Positions 58,462 through 64,000 of a DNA stretch of 64,000 nt are shown here, one piece after another. Below the pieces are notes generated by a model that saw only the letters and a list, made by a program, of their open reading frames with translations, made no database searches and was not told where the DNA came from. Origin of the DNA: Candidatus Sericytochromatia bacterium (lineage in GTDB: Bacteria; Cyanobacteriota; Sericytochromatia; UBA7694); NCBI GenBank assembly GCA_963797915.1, contig CAWCRG010000017.1, forward strand, positions 299,074 to 363,073. Direction: 5' to 3'. The position numbers and the translations under genes were made by a program. Each line of letters starts with the position of its first letter. Position 1 is the first letter of the stretch.

Positions 58462-61200
58462 TTGATCTGTTTTAAACATTCCGCGTATGCGTTCGTGTTG
58501 TTCTGTTTCGTTCTGGCTGGCTGTCAGCCGCCAACACAACACAACACAACACAACACAACACAACACAACCTTCTCTTTTAAGCTCGATCCCTCAAATAC
58601 GGTTTTCTAAAGATCGTGTGGCCAATCGCAAAGCCATTATGGAGCATATTCGCTCCACTCAGCCCTTTAGCAACCCCATTGGCCCCGATAGTAATATTTA
58701 TCAAGAGTACTTAAAATACCGTTCCGGTGATTTTAATGTGAAATATTCCTGGGGGCCTGACAGCTATACCGGCGAATTTACCTCTAGAGGTTGTCGCATG
58801 AGCTTTGAGGACGATCCCACTGTCTATCGTGATTATTGGAGTATCCCTTATCACCGTCGCTGTCAAGTGCGCGAGACGGCGAGTGGTGATTGGGGAGTAA
58901 TTGCCGCCTGTGACAGCATTAAAGGATATGAAGGCAGTGGTTACCCCATTTACGATGTGCGCTTAACCTGTAGCAAAAACGCGGGGGGTAGCTGTGCGCT
59001 CTTTAACTTTGCCGCTTCTTTTCACACCTGCGAAACCACTGACGATGACGGTAACTCGGGCTGCTTTGCCCCGCTTAAAAACTCAGATGGTACATCGGTG
59101 CTAGATGCTGGAGGCTCACCGGTTTTGACGCAAGTGGCTTGTGACGGTGACGGTGACAATGAACCGACGGATCCCGATAATACCCCCGTTTTATTTGCGA
59201 TTAGAAATCGCAATCCCGTTTACGGCATGGTGCCCGGAGATGAAGATAATCAGCGGGGGAGTGTCTCACCCGCTGATCAAAACGGCGCTTATGACGCTGT
59301 TGACTTAGACGTCATTGACGATCGCAACGTGGGTTGGTTTTTAAGTGTTGATTTTAATGACCAAGAACTGCTGCGTGTTAATGGCACCGGCTCTCAATCT
59401 AGCATTGACTGGAACCCGAATAATCTGGCCATCTCTGATAATGGCATGGCCCGTATTGCTTTGATTCACGCGGTGACCCAGCGGGTCTTTAATTACAAGG
59501 TAAGGGTAGACAATGATCCTCCGGTGATTAGCGATGTGAGCGTGATGCCGACACAAAATGCTGATGTGGGAATCATTCGCGCTAAGGTTTTAGAGCGTAA
59601 CACAAGAAATTATCAGACTGGGATCAACGAGAGTCGTTTTCAGGTGCATTTCGATTCAGAGGCTCAGCAGCTTCTGGCACCCAGCGTCTCTTTTGACAGC
59701 GAAACGGGCGAGTTTAGTGCTGAATTCAGTGGTTACAGTGCCTATCATAGTGGGCAACAGGGCAGCCCCGAAAGTGAGTTTGGTTTTGAGCTGATCGCCG
59801 AAGACTATGTGGGCAACACGGCCTCTAGCCGCCCGCCCAAAGACAATCTCAAGCTTTCGATCCCCGACAACACTTGGTTCTCGCCCCACGAAGACAGCAC
59901 CAAAAAACAGGTAAGCTTTGACGTGCTGGATGTGGACAACACCGGAGCCAGCTGGACCGTTGAAATTCGCAAAAACGGCCAGGTGTACAAAACCTACACT
60001 GGATCCGGCAGCCAAACCCTGAGCTGGGACGGCCTGTTTGAGGGCGCTGCTGTGTCCGAAGGCAAGTACAATATCGTGCTGAAGAACGCGAAGCAGCCGG
60101 GGAGGGAGCGCGAGCGGGATTTTGCGCAGGTGGGTGTGGATATGAGCCCGCCGGAGATCACTTATCAATTACTAAAAACTTCTCAAGACGATCCCACTAA
60201 AGCCAAAATTAAAATTACTGCTCACGATCCCCAAACTGGTGTAAAAGAGCTGACCTTAAATCAAGTTGCTCAAAATATAATTCCTGGAGTTCCTATTATT
60301 CAGGAGTTGGAAACAGAAACGATTCTGGAAAAGAAATATATTGCAATCTATAACATAATTTATCCCACATTCACTCCTACAGAAAACAGTTTTAAAATAA
60401 CCAATACTCCATCTGACTCCATTGATGATCTACTTGATTATTTAGACAAAACACAAGTACTGGGGGAAGTCACTTCTAGGAGTAACATAAATATCCAGTC
60501 TTCTAAACCGATTACTTATAAAGGCTTAAGACCCTTAAAGTGTCAATCATATAAAGCCAACGGTACTTCAGGAAAAAGTCAATTTGAGCTAAGCTTAATG
60601 TATGATTTCGATCCTGAAGGTCCTGATTTGACTGCTATTATTTTACCTACTCAGAGCAACTATCAACCATTGGGACCTGGAGATGTAATGACGAGTGTTA
60701 TAGATGTTCCTGGTGTGAGCTCCGGTACAAATCTCAAATTGCAATTCCCTTTTTCGCAACAAAAGCAAGCAAAAATAAATGAAAAAAGAAATGCTGCAAA
60801 CGCCTTGTTTACGGAAACGAAAATTCTTAGATCTCAAGGGAAAGTAGCAAATGCTTTAGGGAAAGAAAATAGAGCAAACCTCTTGTCTGTAGATGCTCAA
60901 GTTTTAATTAATCTTGCGAACGATGAAGTAATAAGATTTGACCAAGCTACTAATGCTGCTTATTTGACTAATAGAGGTGTTTCATATAATCAAATGTACA
61001 ACCAGTATTTGTCTAATAGTCCAACTTTAGCCAGAGTTATGTCAGATATGTCTAAGTTTAAGCTGTCTTCCAATTTAAAGCTTAACAATAAAGGCTACGC
61101 TCAGTTGTTATTTTCAGGAATAAATTTGGATAGAATAAGAGACTCGCTTCAAGGTAGTGGTTCAGGCTCTTTTGAGAATTACTATAAGAAATGGTGGTGA
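58462..61200 (+). CDS. Large modular surface/secreted lipoprotein (912 aa) with a GC-typical body and an AT-rich C-terminal region
   Basis: Lipobox FVLAGC at residues 16-21. An AACAC repeat lies immediately after the lipobox Cys. Asp/Gly-rich calcium-binding-like segments. A ~105-bp block at 60056-60160 is repeated downstream. GC drops sharply after about 60165. Confidence 0.6.
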   Translation: MICFKHSAYAFVLFCFVLAGCQPPTQHNTTQHNTTQPSLLSSIPQIRFSKDRVANRKAIMEHIRSTQPFSNPIGPDSNIYQEYLKYRSGDFNVKYSWGPDSYTGEFTSRGCRMSFEDDPTVYRDYWSIPYHRRCQVRETASGDWGVIAACDSIKGYEGSGYPIYDVRLTCSKNAGGSCALFNFAASFHTCETTDDDGNSGCFAPLKNSDGTSVLDAGGSPVLTQVACDGDGDNEPTDPDNTPVLFAIRNRNPVYGMVPGDEDNQRGSVSPADQNGAYDAVDLDVIDDRNVGWFLSVDFNDQELLRVNGTGSQSSIDWNPNNLAISDNGMARIALIHAVTQRVFNYKVRVDNDPPVISDVSVMPTQNADVGIIRAKVLERNTRNYQTGINESRFQVHFDSEAQQLLAPSVSFDSETGEFSAEFSGYSAYHSGQQGSPESEFGFELIAEDYVGNTASSRPPKDNLKLSIPDNTWFSPHEDSTKKQVSFDVLDVDNTGASWTVEIRKNGQVYKTYTGSGSQTLSWDGLFEGAAVSEGKYNIVLKNAKQPGRERERDFAQVGVDMSPPEITYQLLKTSQDDPTKAKIKITAHDPQTGVKELTLNQVAQNIIPGVPIIQELETETILEKKYIAIYNIIYPTFTPTENSFKITNTPSDSIDDLLDYLDKTQVLGEVTSRSNINIQSSKPITYKGLRPLKCQSYKANGTSGKSQFELSLMYDFDPEGPDLTAIILPTQSNYQPLGPGDVMTSVIDVPGVSSGTNLKLQFPFSQQKQAKINEKRNAANALFTETKILRSQGKVANALGKENRANLLSVDAQVLINLANDEVIRFDQATNAAYLTNRGVSYNQMYNQYLSNSPTLARVMSDMSKFKLSSNLKLNNKGYAQLLFSGINLDRIRDSLQGSGSGSFENYYKKWW
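58533..58570 (+). repeat. Pentanucleotide microsatellite (AACAC)x7.6 inside the 5' coding region
   Basis: Read directly: aacac aacac aacac aacac aacac aacac aacac aac, encoding (QHNTT)n just after the lipoprotein signal peptide. Confidence 0.9.
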
Positions 61201-61269
61201 AACGCACTATATAGACTTTTTACTAACCAAAATTAGCGATACTGGTACTGGTAAAAATAGAAGAGTAAT

Positions 61270-61906
61270 ATGGGAGCAAACGTGTTTATGAAAGTAATTT
61301 CTTCACTTTGTAGAATGAGTCTGGTTGCAGTTATCAGTTATTTTTGTTTGATTCCGCAGGCAACATCTGAAGTTTTGAATTTGGGGTTTCTTCGATATGA
61401 AAACATTGATCAAACAATAATAGGTCCCCTACCCAATTGTTTATTTCCAGTAGCGGTAGATCTGTCTGTGAGTCAGTTTAAGAAAGGATATAATGATCAT
61501 TATCAGCTAACGACATTTGACCACTACATACAGTTTGTGATCAAAATTTCCATTCTGTTTAGGCGGTGATTCCAAAGGCATTGCTGTTGTACAATCAGGA
61601 AAAATAGCCGGTTATCTTTTACTAGAGCCCGTTGATCTATATCGATATGTTGAAAAACAAAGTATCATCGAATATATTACCCGTCAAACAAATCATTCTG
61701 ATTTTCTGCCTGAAAGTTTAAGAGCATCTTCGGGACAGCCATTAAATTTGTACGTGTTTCCTGAAGGCAATTACATCAAGCAGTACCTGATGTATGGAGA
61801 AGACACTATTTTATATGAGGGTCTTATAAAGTCTGACCTGTCTGCTGAGATAAAAAATATTCTGTTTGACTATGTCACGGAATATATTCAAAGCTTGCCA
61901 TCTTGA
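61270..61906 (+). CDS. AT-rich small protein with N-terminal hydrophobic/signal segment, candidate partner or immunity protein of the preceding C-terminal module (frameshift near 61545-61569)
   Basis: ORF 61270..61569 (MKVISSLCRMSLVAVISYFCLIPQATS…) continues without a start codon in the +1 frame from 61541 to a stop at 61904-61906. About 33% GC. Confidence 0.35.
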
Positions 61907-61989
61907 AGCTTTCTTCTGCCCCATAAAGTTGAGGTTCAATGAGACTTTAATCCACTGCAGGCTTATGCAAGCATAACGAGTTGGTGTGT

Positions 61990-62177
61990 CGCCAACGAAG
62001 AAGCGTTCAGTGTGTAAAACTACACGGTCGCAGCCAAATCCTGAGCTGGGACGGCTGCAAGGACAACTGTACCCGAAGGCAAGTACAACATCGTGCTGAA
62101 GAACGCAAAGCAGCCGGGCAAAGAGCGGGAGCGGGATTTTGCGCAGGTGGGTGTGGATATGAGCCCGCCGGAGATCA
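61990..62177 (+). repeat. Homology block duplicated from the main lipoprotein gene, a candidate recombination junction
   Basis: 62073-62177 is about 93% identical to 60056-60160 (…ccgaaggcaagtacaa…gagcccgccggagatca). Degenerate similarity extends upstream to about 61995 versus 59975. A 5-nt length difference upstream breaks the frame. Confidence 0.8.
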
Positions 62178-63073
62178 GTTACGAGATTGTGCGAACGGCC
62201 TCGGGTCGCAACACGGGCCAGTTAAAGATCGTGGTGACAGACAAGCAGTCGGGTGTTGATGCTGCTGCGACGGTGGCTACAAATGCCAGCGGTCAAATTC
62301 AGCCTGGGGTGCCGGTGATTCAGCAGGTGTTAACGGACAAGGAGAAAGTGGAACCCAAGCGCCAGGTGCGTTTTTATCAGCTGCTGTTTCCTGACTTTTT
62401 ACCCACAGAGACGCAGGCGGGTGGGGGTGATTTTCGGGTGGCGGCGGAAGGGGAAGCCCCTGCGGAGGCTGGCGTGGTTAACTTTGGTTCTGGACAAGTT
62501 CGCGATAATGTAGGGATCCCGTTTCAAATCGCTTACTCTTCACCTACCAATCCTTCGGAAATCGAAATAAAAAATCCTGGCAAATGCGTTTCTGGAAACG
62601 GAACTTTTAAAATTCATAAAATATACGATTTCGATTCTAGAACGGTCAAAAATGACGGCTCTGTAGATGAACGACCGGATCTTACGCTTGTTATTTTACC
62701 CAGTACGAATACCCCACAAGCACGAAAAGCAACAAATTTGGCTAAGCATTGTTTGCAATGTAATGCGCAAATTACGTCCACTCCGATTACCACAAACTTG
62801 AATAGCAATGAGTCTTACTCAGTTAGTACCATATACGATCCCAAAACAGGATTAGGGGGTGTGGCTCCAAACTTCCCGGAGGCTAAACCCATAACTTATC
62901 AAGTTGAGAACAGACAGGGAACAGCAAATTTATTAATTCAATCTGCTTGCAAAGGTAACTTGGGTTGCGCAGAAGGGTTAAAGCGAGATGAGTCTTCTTT
63001 TTACGTAGGAAGCAAAAATATTTTAGCTGGACTTGGACCATCGGCACAAGAAAATATTAGGCGGACTTCCTAA
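62093..63073 (+). CDS. Silent/orphan alternative C-terminal cassette homologous to residues ~545-900 of the large lipoprotein
   Basis: The translation begins inside the shared block (LKNAKQPGKERERDFAQVGVDMSPPEISY versus LKNAKQPGRERERDFAQVGVDMSPPEITY). It then parallels the main gene at about 35% identity (GVPVIQQV versus GVPIIQEL; RPDLTLVILPSTN versus GPDLTAIILPTQSN). It has only an internal GTG start and no RBS or lipoprotein N-terminus. Confidence 0.5.
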   Translation: MLKNAKQPGKERERDFAQVGVDMSPPEISYEIVRTASGRNTGQLKIVVTDKQSGVDAAATVATNASGQIQPGVPVIQQVLTDKEKVEPKRQVRFYQLLFPDFLPTETQAGGGDFRVAAEGEAPAEAGVVNFGSGQVRDNVGIPFQIAYSSPTNPSEIEIKNPGKCVSGNGTFKIHKIYDFDSRTVKNDGSVDERPDLTLVILPSTNTPQARKATNLAKHCLQCNAQITSTPITTNLNSNESYSVSTIYDPKTGLGGVAPNFPEAKPITYQVENRQGTANLLIQSACKGNLGCAEGLKRDESSFYVGSKNILAGLGPSAQENIRRTS

Positions 63074-63252
63074 AAATCATCCTTACAGTAGCACCATCTT
63101 TGTAATGGGGGTCGATCTAGATGTTGCTCTTTCTCTTGGCTATAATCCGACCCTTAATATCAACTTAAATAAACTCAGTCAAAGCAATAATATAAAAGTC
63201 AAACTGATAAGAAACAATCAGGGGCGCTGGCAAGCAGAGTGTCAAGGAGCAA

Positions 63253-63921
63253 ATGGAAATGGGTAAGATATTTATGAGTTCATATGTGGGTAATATGAAA
63301 ATACCGCTAGGTATACTAATGCTTCTAATGGTTTACCTGCCCGCAAGGTCCCAGTCAAATCAGTACCCTTCTCCTATTGTTGAGGTGAAAAGGGAATTGG
63401 GCAATCCTGCTCAAGGGGCAATGGGAGGAGTTTTACTCAATCAAAACTTAAGTGACTCATACGAGTTTTCCCCTTTAGTCAGAGGTTTGGGCAAAACCAG
63501 GGCAGAAATAAAAATACCCGGCTATCTCACAAAGAGCATCGGAGACATTCAGATAAACCAGGAGCTTTTCACTTTGGTTGAACATAAAAACGGTTCTTTC
63601 GTATCTCAGTACTATCTCAAGAACAAAGTAATCTTGGGTTACGTTCTTCATGATTTTTTACCCGTTACATATCACGGTGATGAGCTTTTTTTAAAACAAA
63701 TAGACACCTTTCCGAATGACTGTAGTGAGTATCTGAGTACAAAAATAGTATCTTCTACGGTAAGTTTTGATTGTTTTAAGAAAGAACATGATAATTATGT
63801 AGAAGAGTATATTTTTGAGGTGATAAATGAGCCTGATTACGTGGCCAGAATTTTGATATTAGATGCTTTCTACCGAAAAATCTGGAGCAAAATGCCAAGC
63901 AAAAAATCAATCAAATTATAG
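63253..63921 (+). CDS. AT-rich small secreted protein, candidate partner or immunity protein for the orphan cassette
   Basis: Signal peptide (MKIPLGILMLLMVYLPARSQS), 222 aa, about 35% GC, directly downstream of the orphan cassette. Confidence 0.4.
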   Translation: MEMGKIFMSSYVGNMKIPLGILMLLMVYLPARSQSNQYPSPIVEVKRELGNPAQGAMGGVLLNQNLSDSYEFSPLVRGLGKTRAEIKIPGYLTKSIGDIQINQELFTLVEHKNGSFVSQYYLKNKVILGYVLHDFLPVTYHGDELFLKQIDTFPNDCSEYLSTKIVSSTVSFDCFKKEHDNYVEEYIFEVINEPDYVARILILDAFYRKIWSKMPSKKSIKL

Positions 63922-64000
63922 ATGTCGTTTTATCTGAGTAAGGCTTTATGAGTACTCACAACGGCTTAGATAGTTGCTATGTAAAAAACCTACTTTCGTT

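Noticed and set aside
61981-62259. 92-aa ORF overlapping the homology block in another frame
   Set aside because: Its frame is that of the degenerate upstream homology (…SQILSWDG…). It is interpreted as part of the silent cassette rather than an independent gene.
1-64000. Insertion sequences, integrases, tRNA or rRNA genes
   Set aside because: No transposase, integrase or recombinase-like ORF was recognised, and no cloverleaf-compatible tRNA sequence was spotted in intergenic regions. The duplications seen are not flanked by recognisable mobile-element genes.

Overview
Dense bacterial chromosomal window of about 64 kb with roughly 50% GC and genes on both strands. Lipoprotein signal peptides, MenA and two ferredoxin-dependent 2-oxoacid oxidoreductases point to a Gram-negative organism, possibly microaerophilic or predatory/host-associated, but the taxon cannot be assigned from sequence alone. 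No rRNA, tRNA, CRISPR array or recognisable transposase was seen.

Main contents in order:
(1) 0-9.5 kb: an oxygenase-rich biosynthetic-type cluster with an FprA-type reductase, a [2Fe-2S] ferredoxin, two Rieske oxygenases, two ferritin-like diiron (AurF-like) oxygenases, a fatty-acid hydroxylase, acyltransferases and a GH3-family amido synthetase.
(2) 10.5-12.9 kb: a BKACE (DUF849) enzyme plus a NeuD/PglD-like acetyltransferase, with a frameshifted tandem copy of the latter; a third Rieske paralog follows at 13.5 kb.
(3) 14.6-18.7 kb: two tandem paralogous 7TMR-DISM sensor histidine kinases.
(4) 18.8-21.6 kb: KorAB 2-oxoacid:ferredoxin oxidoreductase.
(5) 22-28 kb: YbjQ pair, M48 peptidase, HlyIII, PLP Orn/Lys/Arg decarboxylase, MenA.
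(6) 29.2-37.6 kb: a translationally coupled operon of paralogous lipoproteins, XRE-TPR regulator, vWA lipoprotein, REC-domain protein, HEAT-repeat membrane protein and a PgaC-like GT2 synthase.
(7) 38.2-40.7 kb: a second, four-subunit PorDABG-like oxidoreductase.
(8) 40.8-43.3 kb: a bacterial major vault protein homolog.
(9) 43.4-46.6 kb: an ABC exporter, a methyltransferase and a mosaic of gene remnants.
(10) 46.6-48.7 kb: a C39-like cysteine peptidase and a 66-bp tandem-repeat protein.
(11) 50.8-57.4 kb: a tail-less FtsZ paralog in an operon with ATP-grasp, KAS III, GH57 and DUF4912 genes.
(12) 58.4-63.9 kb: a large lipoprotein gene with a 5' AACAC pentanucleotide microsatellite, an AT-rich C-terminal region, a downstream silent homologous C-terminal cassette sharing a ~105-bp near-identical junction block, and two small AT-rich secreted-protein genes. 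This is the layout expected for polymorphic-toxin/immunity loci with an orphan cassette, or for antigenic-variation loci, and is the most unusual feature in the window.

At least eight genes carry apparent frameshifts, several at homopolymer runs, so assembly indel errors must be excluded before calling pseudogenes.
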